Below are positions 8,788-17,557 of a stretch of DNA of 48,184 nt, one piece after another. Both the position numbers and the translations under genes were made by a program. How positions within the stretch are numbered: the stretch's first letter is position 1; each line of letters starts with the position of its first letter. This DNA is from Vicinamibacterales bacterium (lineage in GTDB: Bacteria > Acidobacteriota > Vicinamibacteria > Vicinamibacterales > 2-12-FULL-66-21). The stretch spans positions 1 to 48,184 of the forward strand of contig DASSOM010000190.1 of NCBI GenBank assembly GCA_035700625.1, given 5' to 3'. The notes under the pieces are model-generated. The model did not search any database. It worked only from the letters and a program-made list of their open reading frames with translations, and had not been told where the DNA came from.

Positions 8788-11145
8788 CTACTTCATGTTG
8801 ACGCTGAGGCGCACCGGCGCTTTCGTCGTCACCGACACGGCCTCGCGCTTCTCGCCGAACTGCGGATTGCGGAAGACGACTTCGTGCGGGCCGATCGTCA
8901 CGGCGAGATTGCCGATGGGCGTTTCGCCGACGCGCACGCCGTCGATCCAGACTTCGGCCCACGGCGACGCGTTCAGGTTCACGATGCCCTGCGGCAGGTC
9001 GATCGTCAGCGGCAGCACCTTGCCGGGCGGCACGACGACGGTGCGCGTCGTGTTGTACCCGAGCGTCTCGTTCACCAGCTCGAGCTGGTGGCGTCCGGCG
9101 GCCATCATGATCCGATCGGCGTTCGTGGTGCCGAGCAGCCGTCCGTTCTCGTGGATCTCAATCGTGACCGGCGACTTGAACGTCATCCAGCCCGAGACCG
9201 GGCCCGGCGCTTCGGTCGTGACCGGCGCGAGAACCGATGCGGTCACGCCCGGCTGAATGACGACGCGCTGCGTGACCGGCTCGCCGGCGCCCTGCAGGAC
9301 GACTTCGTGTTCCCCCGGCTCGAGGCCGTCGACGCTCACCGGCGCGACGCCGCGTTCGACGCCGTCGATGGTGACCTTGGCGCCCGCCGGCGTCGACTGC
9401 ACGAGCAGACTGCCCGTCGTCGGCGTCTGCGGCATCTCGAGGTACTGCGACACCTCGGCGCCCGGCGTCACCGTGATCGGAATCACGCGCGGCACCCCGC
9501 GTCCGCGGAGTTCGACGATGTGCGAACCGCCGCTGAGGGACAGCCGCGCGGGCGTGAGCCCGTGCGCGACGCCGTCGACGAAGACCTGCACCCCGGGCGG
9601 ATTCGTCTGGACCGAAAGCGTGCCGGTCGACGGCGCGGCCGCGCCCGGCTGCCGCCAGACGCGAGCGTAGTACCACCCGCCCCCCGCGACCGCGAGCAGC
9701 AGCAGGGCGACACCGAGCAGACGTCCGCTGCCGCGCTTCTTTCCGGGCGCCGCGGCGGCGGGCGCGGGGTCGCGCCGATCCGTGGACGTGCGATCGCCGG
9801 TGAACAGCTGATCGCGCTCGCGATCCGCCGGCGTGATGCCGTCGAAATCGTCGAGCAGGTCTCTCAGATCGCGGGCCGGCGGAACGGATTCGGCGACGCT
9901 GGCGGCGATCGGCGTGACGACGGGCGCGGACGAGGGCGTGGCCGTCGGTGCGGGCGTGGCCGTCGGCGCCGGCGAGCGCTCGACGCGCGGCGTGACGACG
10001 GTCGGCGCGGGCGCAGGTGGACGCGGCGTGACGACCGTGGGCGCGGGCGCGGCCTGGCGCGGCGTGGGTACCGTCGGCGCAGGAGGCGGCGGCGTCTGCG
10101 TGCGCGCGGTCGCCTGCGGCGGCACCGCGGGAGTCGGCACCGCGGAGGTCGCCGCCAGCACCGGCGACGGCGTTTCGAGGAACGCGGCCTTCGAGACCGG
10201 CACGGGCGTCGGCGCCGGAGCCGGAGCCGGCGCGGCCGGCGTCGGCGGCTCGAGCAGCGCGGCCACGTAGCGCGACAGGAACGTCTCGAGCGCGACGGGC
10301 GCGGCGACGAATCCCGTGTCTTCCGCCAGCACGTCCTCGAGCGCGCTCAACGCCTCGGTCGCGGACGCAAACGCGCGGCGGAGATCGAGCTGCAGTGCAC
10401 CGGCGAGCCATCCGCGCAGCGACGGCGGCAGCGGCTGCTCCTCGCCGAGCGCGGACTTGGCGCGCACCTCGTGCAGCAGCATCGGCAGGCGGTGCGGGAA
10501 CTCGTCCGCGCGCAGCGGACGCCCGAGCATCAGCGCGAGCGAAATCAGGCCGAGGCCCATGACGTCGGCACGATGGTCGAAGCGCGGCGCGCCGGCGCTC
10601 TGCGGCACGGCGACGCGCAGCTCCTGCCAGAGCCGCTCGCGGCCGAACTGCAGCTGTTCGACCGCCGACCCGAGCACGTGCTCCGCGATCACGAGCCGCG
10701 CGTGCGGCGTGACGATGAGCCGCTCGGGCGCGAGCAGGCCGTGCGCGACGTCGCGCGCATTCTCGTGCAGCAGCGCAATGGCCGGCACGAGCTGCCGAAT
10801 GAGGCACAGCGCGGCGTTGATGTCCAGGTTCAGGCCGCGTTCGGCGGTGACGCGCAGAATCTCCGAGAGCCGCGTCCCCTCGACGTGATCCGCCACGATC
10901 GCGAGCCCCGCGGGATGGCGATCGACGCGCCGCACGCGCGCGTAGTAGGCGTGGCGGAAATTGGCGAGGCGCGCCGTGCGTTCGCGCAGCGCAAACTCGA
11001 ACGACGGCACCGCGAGGAGTGCGGGACGGAGGCGCAGAATCTGCAGCAGGTCCCCGGTGGCGCCGTCGACCGCGACCACGCGCTCGCCGAGGCCGTCGGT
11101 GAAGAGAGGCGCTTCGGCGCGGTCGGATGTCACGGGGACCGTCAT
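8788..11145 (-). CDS. Degenerate Ser/Thr kinase-like (pseudokinase) membrane protein with a Pro-rich region, one TM segment and three PEGA-type domains
   Basis: 785-aa ORF. The N-terminal ~260 aa have a kinase-fold flavour (ADVMGLGLISLALMLGRPL resembles subdomain IX). The catalytic motifs are replaced: there is no GxGxxG loop, AHGLLAPERLIV stands in place of HRDLKPxN, and AEHVLG in place of DFG. The TM segment is LLGVALLLLAVAGGGWYYA. PEGA-like repeats are LSVQTNPPGVQVFVDGV, LLVQSTPAGAKVTIDGV and NLNASPWAEVWIDGV. Confidence 0.8.
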   Translation of the reverse strand: MTVPVTSDRAEAPLFTDGLGERVVAVDGATGDLLQILRLRPALLAVPSFEFALRERTARLANFRHAYYARVRRVDRHPAGLAIVADHVEGTRLSEILRVTAERGLNLDINAALCLIRQLVPAIALLHENARDVAHGLLAPERLIVTPHARLVIAEHVLGSAVEQLQFGRERLWQELRVAVPQSAGAPRFDHRADVMGLGLISLALMLGRPLRADEFPHRLPMLLHEVRAKSALGEEQPLPPSLRGWLAGALQLDLRRAFASATEALSALEDVLAEDTGFVAAPVALETFLSRYVAALLEPPTPAAPAPAPAPTPVPVSKAAFLETPSPVLAATSAVPTPAVPPQATARTQTPPPPAPTVPTPRQAAPAPTVVTPRPPAPAPTVVTPRVERSPAPTATPAPTATPSSAPVVTPIAASVAESVPPARDLRDLLDDFDGITPADRERDQLFTGDRTSTDRRDPAPAAAAPGKKRGSGRLLGVALLLLAVAGGGWYYARVWRQPGAAAPSTGTLSVQTNPPGVQVFVDGVAHGLTPARLSLSGGSHIVELRGRGVPRVIPITVTPGAEVSQYLEMPQTPTTGSLLVQSTPAGAKVTIDGVERGVAPVSVDGLEPGEHEVVLQGAGEPVTQRVVIQPGVTASVLAPVTTEAPGPVSGWMTFKSPVTIEIHENGRLLGTTNADRIMMAAGRHQLELVNETLGYNTTRTVVVPPGKVLPLTIDLPQGIVNLNASPWAEVWIDGVRVGETPIGNLAVTIGPHEVVFRNPQFGEKREAVSVTTKAPVRLSVNMK

Positions 11146-11393
11146 TTGACTGTTGCTCCGCGGGCGCGTGGAAGCAACGGCCGGACCAGCCGCACGCTCG
11201 TTCGGCGGCGCCGCCGCAACCGTCAGCGTAGGTGGGACTTGCGGGCGCTCACTCGCGCGTCGGGCGGACGCAGGCGTTCACAGGTTTCGTGGGTCGTTTG
11301 CGGTTTTGTGATCGGCATCGGCGACGGACGAAGCCGACATTCAAGATCGCATGCCAGGCCGCAGCTCTTGGATCGGATGCGCGACGGGTCGTC

Positions 11394-11612
11394 CTAGATG
11401 ATCGCGTTGTCGCCACGAACCGGCCACGGGCTGACGGCAACGAACCAGAGCAGCAACACGTTCGCGATCGGGATGACGGCCAGCACGCCGAGCCAGGGCG
11501 AAAATCCGATCCGCCGGCAGATCCGCCCAGCCGGCCAGATCACGACGGACAGCATCGCGACCGTCACGGCGAGCACCATCGTCGTTTCGAACCAGCCCAG
11601 TGAGGGAGTCAT
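11394..11612 (-). CDS. Small two-TM membrane protein (72 aa), function unknown
   Basis: The translation MTPSLGWFETTMVLAVTVAMLSVVIWPAGRICRRIGFSPWLGVLAVIPIANVLLLWFVAVSPWP has two hydrophobic helices flanking a basic loop. GGAGG lies 6-7 nt upstream of the ATG. Confidence 0.6.
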   Translation of the reverse strand: MTPSLGWFETTMVLAVTVAMLSVVIWPAGRICRRIGFSPWLGVLAVIPIANVLLLWFVAVSPWPVRGDNAII

Positions 11613-11621
11613 CGCTTACCT

Positions 11622-11697
11622 CCAGCACCCAGCACCGCACCTGGCACACAGCACCGAGCACCGCACCCAGCACTTGAGCACCGAGCACCCGGCACCC
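11622..11697. repeat. Degenerate heptad tract (GCACCNN)n in a divergent intergenic region
   Basis: GCAC recurs at 11625, 11632, 11637, 11644, 11651, 11658, 11663, 11670, 11678, 11685 and 11692, so spacing is mostly 7 nt. The tract lies between the small membrane gene start (11612) and the M28 start (11765). Confidence 0.8.
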
Positions 11698-11764
11698 ATT
11701 GTATGGGTATATGCTGTCGGCGCCCGGCTCCGTCCGGGCGTTCAACAAACAGGGTGAGGGAATC

Positions 11765-13354
11765 ATGAACAGCTTCAGAACGCTGGCGGCGGCCACCGGG
11801 GCCGCGGCCCTTCTGCTCGTGCCGGTCGCCGCGCAGCAGACGCAGAATCGCCTCGACTACGAGGGCATCTACAAGATCAAGGACGAGGGCCTGCAGCGAT
11901 CGCAGGTCATGGAGATCACGAGCTGGCTGACCGACGTCTACGGACCGCGGCTCACCAACTCGCCGAACTTCCGGAAGGCCGGCGACTGGGCCGTCAAGGA
12001 GCTCACGAGCTGGGGGATGGCCAACGTGAAGCTCGAACCGTGGGGGCCGTTCGGGCGCGGGTGGCAAAACGACAAGTTCTACGCGCAGGCGCTGACGCCG
12101 ACCCCGTTCCCCATCCTCGGCTACCCGAAGGCGTGGTCCGCCGGCACGAAAGGGCCCATCTCCGCCGAAGCGACGATCCTCGAGGCGGAGAACGAAGAGG
12201 ATCTCGCGAAATATGCCGGCAAGCTGAAAGGCAAGATCGTCTTCACGTCGGCGCTGCGGGACGTCGAGCCGCACTTCACGGCCGATGCGCATCGCTACAC
12301 CGCCGATGAACTCACGGAGATGCAGCAGGAGACCGACACGCAGCCGCGCCGCAGCCGCTTCGGCGGCCCCGGCCGTCCGGACTTCCGCCAGATCCGCGAG
12401 TTCCAGCGCAAGGTTGCCGAGTTCATTCAGAAGGAAGGCGCGGTCGCGATCGTCGATCAGGCGCGCGGCGACGACGGCACCGTCTTCGTGCAGAGCGCCT
12501 CGGGCGTCTCGCGGGATCTCAACGCCGATCCCGGCCTGCCGCAGATCTCCTTCGCCGCGGAACACTACGGCCGCCTGTACCGCGCGATGCAGAAGGGCGT
12601 ACCCGTGAAGATCGAGCTGGACGTGAAGAACTCGTTCTACGACCAGGATGCGAACAGCTTCAACGTGATCGCGGAGATCCCGGGCACCGACAAGGCGGAC
12701 GAGATCGTCATGCTCGGCGCGCACTTCGACTCGTGGCACTCGGGCACCGGGGCGACCGACAACGCGGCCGGCTCCGCGGTGATGATGGAGGCGCTCCGCA
12801 TCCTGAAGCAGAGCGGCGTGAAGATGCGGCGCACCGTGCGCCTCGCGCTGTGGGGCGGCGAGGAAGAAGGGCTGCTCGGCTCGCGCGCCTACGTGAAAGC
12901 GCACTTCGCGGATCCCGAAACCATGCAGCTGCAGCCGGAACACGCGAAGCTGGCCGGCTACTTCAACGTCGACAACGGCACGGGCGCGATTCGCGGCGTG
13001 TACCTGCAGGGCAACGAGATGGTGGCGCCGATCTTCGAGGAGTGGATGACGCCGTTCCACAACCTCGACATGAAGACGCTCACGATCCGCGACACCGGCG
13101 GCACGGACCATCTCGCGTTCGACGCGGTCGGTCTGCCCGGCTTCCAGTTCATCCAGGATCCGATGGACTACGGCTCCCGCACGCACCACTCGAACATGGA
13201 CACCTACGAGCGCGTGCAGGAAGCCGACATGAAGCAGAACGCGATCATCGTCGCGACGTTCGTCTACAACACCGCGAACCGCGATGAGATGCTGCCGCGG
13301 AAGCCGCTGCCGAAGCCTCGGCCGTCGCGGACGACCACGACCGCGGGACGCTGA
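11765..13354 (+). CDS. M28 family aminopeptidase with PA-type insert, secreted
   Basis: Track ORF 11699..13354. Start moved to ATG 11765 (MNSFRTLAAATGAAALLLVPVAAQ, a signal peptide; GGTGAGGGA lies upstream). M28 metal-ligand context: LGAHFDSWHSGTGATDNAAGSAVMMEA and LWGGEEEGLLGSRAYV. Confidence 0.88.
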   Translation: MNSFRTLAAATGAAALLLVPVAAQQTQNRLDYEGIYKIKDEGLQRSQVMEITSWLTDVYGPRLTNSPNFRKAGDWAVKELTSWGMANVKLEPWGPFGRGWQNDKFYAQALTPTPFPILGYPKAWSAGTKGPISAEATILEAENEEDLAKYAGKLKGKIVFTSALRDVEPHFTADAHRYTADELTEMQQETDTQPRRSRFGGPGRPDFRQIREFQRKVAEFIQKEGAVAIVDQARGDDGTVFVQSASGVSRDLNADPGLPQISFAAEHYGRLYRAMQKGVPVKIELDVKNSFYDQDANSFNVIAEIPGTDKADEIVMLGAHFDSWHSGTGATDNAAGSAVMMEALRILKQSGVKMRRTVRLALWGGEEEGLLGSRAYVKAHFADPETMQLQPEHAKLAGYFNVDNGTGAIRGVYLQGNEMVAPIFEEWMTPFHNLDMKTLTIRDTGGTDHLAFDAVGLPGFQFIQDPMDYGSRTHHSNMDTYERVQEADMKQNAIIVATFVYNTANRDEMLPRKPLPKPRPSRTTTTAGR

Positions 13355-13357
13355 AAA

Positions 13358-14692
13358 TTACTGGCCCGCCGTCTCCTGCAAGGCTTCGAACAGGATCTGC
13401 ACCGCGGGGCCGATTGAATCGACGGGCACGAACTCCGCGTCGCCGTGCATCGACAGCACGGCGGCCGCGGGCACGATACCCGTGAAGAAGCCGTAAGCCT
13501 TCACACCTTGCGGACGGTAGCCGTTGCCGTCCGTGCCGTACGGCACCACCATCGGCGTGACGATCGCGCCGGGGTGGTGCCGCTTCACCGCGGCCTCGAG
13601 CGCGCGATAGAACGTCGTGTCCTGCGTCGTGACGACGGGATTTTCCGACTCGTTAATCACTTCCACGCTAATCGTCGGATCGTCCAGCCGGCGTTTGATC
13701 TCCGCCAGCCACGCCTCCCCCGTCGTCCCCGGCATGACGCGGCAGTCGATCAGCGCTTCCGCGACGGACGGAATGACATTGATCTTCGGCGGTTCGCCGA
13801 CGCCCGAGCGCAGACTCGTGACCGAGATCGTCGAGCGCTGGATCGCGTTGTTGAACTTGTTGTCGGCGAGTGTCCCGATGCGCGTCTTCATCGTGTCGAT
13901 GACGGAGAACTGAGCGCCGGGCATCGGCTCGGCGAGCAGCCGGTTGAGCGCGCGCAGCAGGTGGTCGTTCGGATTCTTCGGGTGCGGCTGCGATCCGTGG
14001 CCCGCCACGCCTTCGGCGCGCAGCTTCAGCCACATGATCTTCTTCTCCGCGACGGAGATTCCGAACACCAGCTTCCCCGGCGCGAAGAGATCGCGGCTGC
14101 CGAACCCTCCTTCGTCGAGCACGAATTCCGGATCGAGTTCGTCGTAGTGGTGCTCGCGCATCCACGCCGCACCGAGTCCGCCGCCGACTTCCTCGTCCGG
14201 CACGGCCATCAGGATCACGTCGCGCGTCAGCGGCACCTTCAGCCGCTTCAGCATGATGAACGCGTAGAGCTGCGACACGCCGATGCCCTTCATGTCCATC
14301 GACCCGCGGCCGAGGACGTGGCCATCGACGACGTCGCCGCTGAACGGATCGCGATCCCACCGGCTCGCATCGGCGGGGACGACGTCCATGTGGTGCTCGA
14401 GGAGGATGGCCTTCCCGCCGGTGCCGTCTCCCTTCAGGCGCGCGAGCACGATCACGCGCCCCGGCGCGGACTGATAGCGCTTCACGGGGATGCCTTCCTT
14501 CTCCAGAATCTGCGTGAGAAAGTCGGCCGCCTTCGTGACGTCGCCGGGCGGGTTCGACGTGTTGACGCGGACGTACGCCTGCAGCGTCTGCAGCGCCTCC
14601 GCATCGATCCCTTTCCAGGGATCCGGCTGTTGCGCAGCGACCGGCGTCGAGAGAAGACAGGTGAGCGTCGCGAGCGCGAGTGCGTAGCGCAT
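13358..14692 (-). CDS. M20 family metallopeptidase (ArgE/DapE/CPG2-like), secreted
   Basis: Track ORF 13358..14893. Start moved to ATG 14692 (MRYALALATLTCLLSTPVAAQ). The extra upstream codons run through a tandem repeat. Motifs: LLEHHMDVVPAD, GRGSMDMKG and VPDEEVGG. Confidence 0.88.
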   Translation of the reverse strand: MRYALALATLTCLLSTPVAAQQPDPWKGIDAEALQTLQAYVRVNTSNPPGDVTKAADFLTQILEKEGIPVKRYQSAPGRVIVLARLKGDGTGGKAILLEHHMDVVPADASRWDRDPFSGDVVDGHVLGRGSMDMKGIGVSQLYAFIMLKRLKVPLTRDVILMAVPDEEVGGGLGAAWMREHHYDELDPEFVLDEGGFGSRDLFAPGKLVFGISVAEKKIMWLKLRAEGVAGHGSQPHPKNPNDHLLRALNRLLAEPMPGAQFSVIDTMKTRIGTLADNKFNNAIQRSTISVTSLRSGVGEPPKINVIPSVAEALIDCRVMPGTTGEAWLAEIKRRLDDPTISVEVINESENPVVTTQDTTFYRALEAAVKRHHPGAIVTPMVVPYGTDGNGYRPQGVKAYGFFTGIVPAAAVLSMHGDAEFVPVDSIGPAVQILFEALQETAGQ

Positions 14693-14711
14693 GGGCGCGC
14701 ATGTTACCACC

Positions 14712-14790
14712 CTCCTTCGCGGCTGCGCCGCTACGGAGGGCAAGCCCGTGAGACTCCTTCGCGGCTGCGCCGCGACGAAGGGCAAGCCCG
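14712..14790. repeat. Two tandem 37-nt hairpin units (period 42 nt)
   Basis: CTCCTTCGCGGCTGCGCCGCTACGGAGGGCAAGCCCG (14712-14748) and CTCCTTCGCGGCTGCGCCGCGACGAAGGGCAAGCCCG (14754-14790). Each has CCTTCG..CGGC-TGC-GCCG..CGAAGG stem potential and a GGGC-AA-GCCC mini-palindrome. The second unit abuts the malQ stop codon (14791). Confidence 0.85.
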
Positions 14791-16368
14791 CTACAACCGC
14801 CGGAACTCCTCCGCCAATCCGCGCAGGAAGCGCGCGCGCTCCTGCGCCTCGGCCTCCGTCAGCAATCCTTCGACGGGCCACGGCAGGCGCCACGTCCAGT
14901 TCTCATCGCTCACGCTGCCCGGCGTGTTGATCCGGTCGCGCCATCCGAAGACGTCCACGATGGGCAGCAGGAGCATCGACGATCCGGACGCGAACAGCGC
15001 GCGGAGGACGGCGTCGCGAAGGCGATCGTCGAACGCCGCCGCTGGATCGCAGCCCGCGTCGCGCAGCATCGGGATCGCCGTTGCCGCGCGCTTCTCGTCG
15101 TAGGGCGCCGAGTCCCACCATTCCGCGAGCGTCTCGGTATCGTGCGTGCCGCTCGTCGCGACGGACAGCGCGGGATATCCGCGCGGATCCCTGAACGGGT
15201 GTCCGTCCGTATTCCAGTCGCGCTCCCAGCGCAGCACCTTGTACCCCGGCACGCCGAGGCGCGCGAGCGACTCGCGCACGAAATCTGGGACGACGCCGAG
15301 GTCCTCGGCGATGATCCACGTCCCGGGCTCGCGGAAGAGATTCAGAATCTGCTCACCCTGCCGGAGCTGGGCGGGTTCGTGCGCCGGCATGAACGACGCC
15401 GAGCCGTCCGCCTCGCGCGCGTACGTCCGGTAGAAGCCGACGAGATGGTCCACGCGATACCCGGCGTACAGCTCCGCGCTGCGCCGCGCCCGCGCGGCGA
15501 GCCATTGATACCCTCCCGCCGCGATCTCCGGCCAGCGATACGCTGGAAATCCCCAATCCTGCCCGGTCGCGGAAAACGCATCCGGCGGTACGCCGACGGA
15601 CGCGTCGAACCGGAATTCGTCCTGCCGCGCCCACACGTCGGCGCTGTCGGCGCTGACCATGAACGGAAAGTCGCCGAACAGCCCCACGTCGCCGCACGCC
15701 GCGCGCGCATGCTCCCACTGCACGGCCGCGAGCCACTGCACGTACTGATAAAAGAGGATGTCGCGCGCCAGTTCGCGGCGCGCCTCCGCAAGCGCGGCGG
15801 GATCGCGATCCCGCAGCGCCGGATCCCACTCGCGCCAGGATCGCCCCTGCCCGCGCGCGTGCAGCGCCCGGTACAAAACGTAGTCGTCCAGCCACCATCC
15901 CTCGTCGCGCACGAACGCCTTCAGTTCGGCCGCCCGGGGTGTACGCCGATCCCACTCTGCCGACACGAAACGATGGAAGGCCGCGCGCAGAATCGTGGTC
16001 TTCAAGGCGCGGACGACGTCGTACTGGATGGAAGACGCGCCGCGGGCCGCCGCGAGCCGGCCGCGATCGTCGTCGGAAAGCGCGTGCTCCCCGCCGAGCG
16101 CCGCGATGTCCTCCACCTCACCGGGCGCGATGAAGATCGGATCGATGGCCATCGCGCTCAAAGCGGAGTACGGCGACTTCTGCCCGTCCGACATCTCGTT
16201 GATCGGCAGCAGCTGGAGGACGTCGAAGCCGCCGGCACGCAGCCACGCGGCGAGACGCGGCAGGTCGGCAATCTCCCCAATCCCCCAGCTCGTATCCGAG
16301 GCGATCGAGAACAGCGGAACGAGGACGCCGGCGTGGCGGCCTGTGGCGTAGTTACGCGGCACCGGCAT
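14791..16368 (-). CDS. malQ: 4-alpha-glucanotransferase (amylomaltase, GH77)
   Basis: 525-aa ORF with RHAGVLVPLFSIASDTSWGIGEIADL, LQLLPINEMSDGQKSPYSALSAMAIDPIF, YRVDHLVGF and SGTHDTETL. These are typical GH77 motifs. Confidence 0.92.
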   Translation of the reverse strand: MPVPRNYATGRHAGVLVPLFSIASDTSWGIGEIADLPRLAAWLRAGGFDVLQLLPINEMSDGQKSPYSALSAMAIDPIFIAPGEVEDIAALGGEHALSDDDRGRLAAARGASSIQYDVVRALKTTILRAAFHRFVSAEWDRRTPRAAELKAFVRDEGWWLDDYVLYRALHARGQGRSWREWDPALRDRDPAALAEARRELARDILFYQYVQWLAAVQWEHARAACGDVGLFGDFPFMVSADSADVWARQDEFRFDASVGVPPDAFSATGQDWGFPAYRWPEIAAGGYQWLAARARRSAELYAGYRVDHLVGFYRTYAREADGSASFMPAHEPAQLRQGEQILNLFREPGTWIIAEDLGVVPDFVRESLARLGVPGYKVLRWERDWNTDGHPFRDPRGYPALSVATSGTHDTETLAEWWDSAPYDEKRAATAIPMLRDAGCDPAAAFDDRLRDAVLRALFASGSSMLLLPIVDVFGWRDRINTPGSVSDENWTWRLPWPVEGLLTEAEAQERARFLRGLAEEFRRL

Positions 16369-17524
16369 GCTCCAGCACGAGCGCGGCGCCGCGCGCGAAC
16401 GTCTCCGGCTCGGGCAGCAGGCTCAGGACGAGAAACGCCTCGTTCGGGAAATCGAAGAAGAAGCCGGGATGCACCAGCACGCCGTGCCGTTCGAGCAGTT
16501 CAATCGCGAGCGCCTCCTCACCGATGGTCGCAGGCACGCGGAGGACGGCCGACCATCCGGCATCGGCGTGCAGCAGCGTCACCGCCGGGTAGCCCGCCGC
16601 GAGCGCGGCGAGCACGCGATAGTTCCCGCGCACGCGATCGAGCATCTGCGCGCGCGTGCCGGCGCCGGCGTCGATCAGCGCGGGTGCCGCAAGCTGCACC
16701 GGCGTCGAGACCGACAGGTAGGTGTCGGCGATCAGCTCGAGCCGATCGAGCGCTTCGGCGACGAGCGCGTCCGGGCCGTCCACCGCGATCCAGCCCAGCT
16801 TCACCTGCGGCAGCCCCGCCGATTTCGAAAGTCCGCCGAGACGGAACAGCAGGCACGCCGGACGCCGCAACGCCTCCGGCTGCGTCAGGGTCCCGTCGTG
16901 CAGCGGGTAATCGCAGAAGACCTCGTCGAGGATGAGCGCGGCGTCCCGCGCCGCGCACCGATCCGCCAGCGCACGCGCGTCCGCCTCGTCCAGCACGGAG
17001 CCGGTGGGATTGTTGGGACTGACCGCCAGAACGGCGCGCGTCGCGGACGTCCAGCACCGATCGAGGCTGGCGGGATCGATCGACCAGCGACCGTGGTACT
17101 CGAGCCGGTACGGCCGCTGGCTGAGGCCGTCGAGCGCCGTCAGATGATCGAACAGGGGATAGCTCGGGACCGGCGACAGCACATCGGCGCCCGGATCGCA
17201 CAGCAGCTTGAACAGCAGCGAGTAGGCGTCGCTGGTACTGGCCGTCAGCACGACCCGCTCGGGTGCGAAATCGATGCCGCGGCGGCCGTAGTCGCGCGCC
17301 ACCGCCGCACGCGCCGCGGGCAATCCCATCGGCGACGGCTGGTACCCCAGGGCGGCATCGGCGCCAAGTGGCGCCAGCGTCCCGGCACCGTAGCGAATTC
17401 CGACGCGCGTCGGGTTCGACACGGTCAGATCGAGCAGCGGCGCCCCTCCGCCGCGCGCCGCGGCAACCGCCCGCGCGAATGCGTTGGGACGACGGTCGGC
17501 CGGCACGCGACGGGAGAACATCAT
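16352..17524 (-). CDS. Class I/II PLP-dependent aminotransferase
   Basis: 390-aa ORF with LDLTVSNPT, YQPSPMGLPAARAAVARDY, SPVPSYPLFDHL, VLAVSPNNPTGSV and RLGGLSKSAGLPQVKLGW (the PLP lysine context). Its 3' end overlaps the malQ start by 17 nt. Confidence 0.88.
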   Translation of the reverse strand: MMFSRRVPADRRPNAFARAVAAARGGGAPLLDLTVSNPTRVGIRYGAGTLAPLGADAALGYQPSPMGLPAARAAVARDYGRRGIDFAPERVVLTASTSDAYSLLFKLLCDPGADVLSPVPSYPLFDHLTALDGLSQRPYRLEYHGRWSIDPASLDRCWTSATRAVLAVSPNNPTGSVLDEADARALADRCAARDAALILDEVFCDYPLHDGTLTQPEALRRPACLLFRLGGLSKSAGLPQVKLGWIAVDGPDALVAEALDRLELIADTYLSVSTPVQLAAPALIDAGAGTRAQMLDRVRGNYRVLAALAAGYPAVTLLHADAGWSAVLRVPATIGEEALAIELLERHGVLVHPGFFFDFPNEAFLVLSLLPEPETFARGAALVLEHAGAA

Positions 17525-17557
17525 CCAAGAGTATTAGAATCAGCGGTCGAGGATGTG

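Noticed and set aside
7286-11397. ORFs of 656 aa and 837 aa on the plus strand (7286..9256, 8884..11397), and the 549-aa minus-frame ORF 9158..10807.
   Set aside because: All three are Arg/Gly/Asp-rich nonsense translations overlapping the motif-bearing minus-strand genes (TPR-TonB_C and PEGA pseudokinase). They are shadow or alternate-frame ORFs.
16367-17557. The N-terminal 397 codons of the 853-aa track ORF 16367..18928, and similarly 35624..36148 of ORF 35624..37129.
   Set aside because: These extensions are antisense to the aminotransferase and to the Ser/Thr kinase respectively, and they translate to Arg-rich nonsense. The recognisable M16 and ornithine-cyclodeaminase sequences begin at internal ATGs (17558 and 36149).
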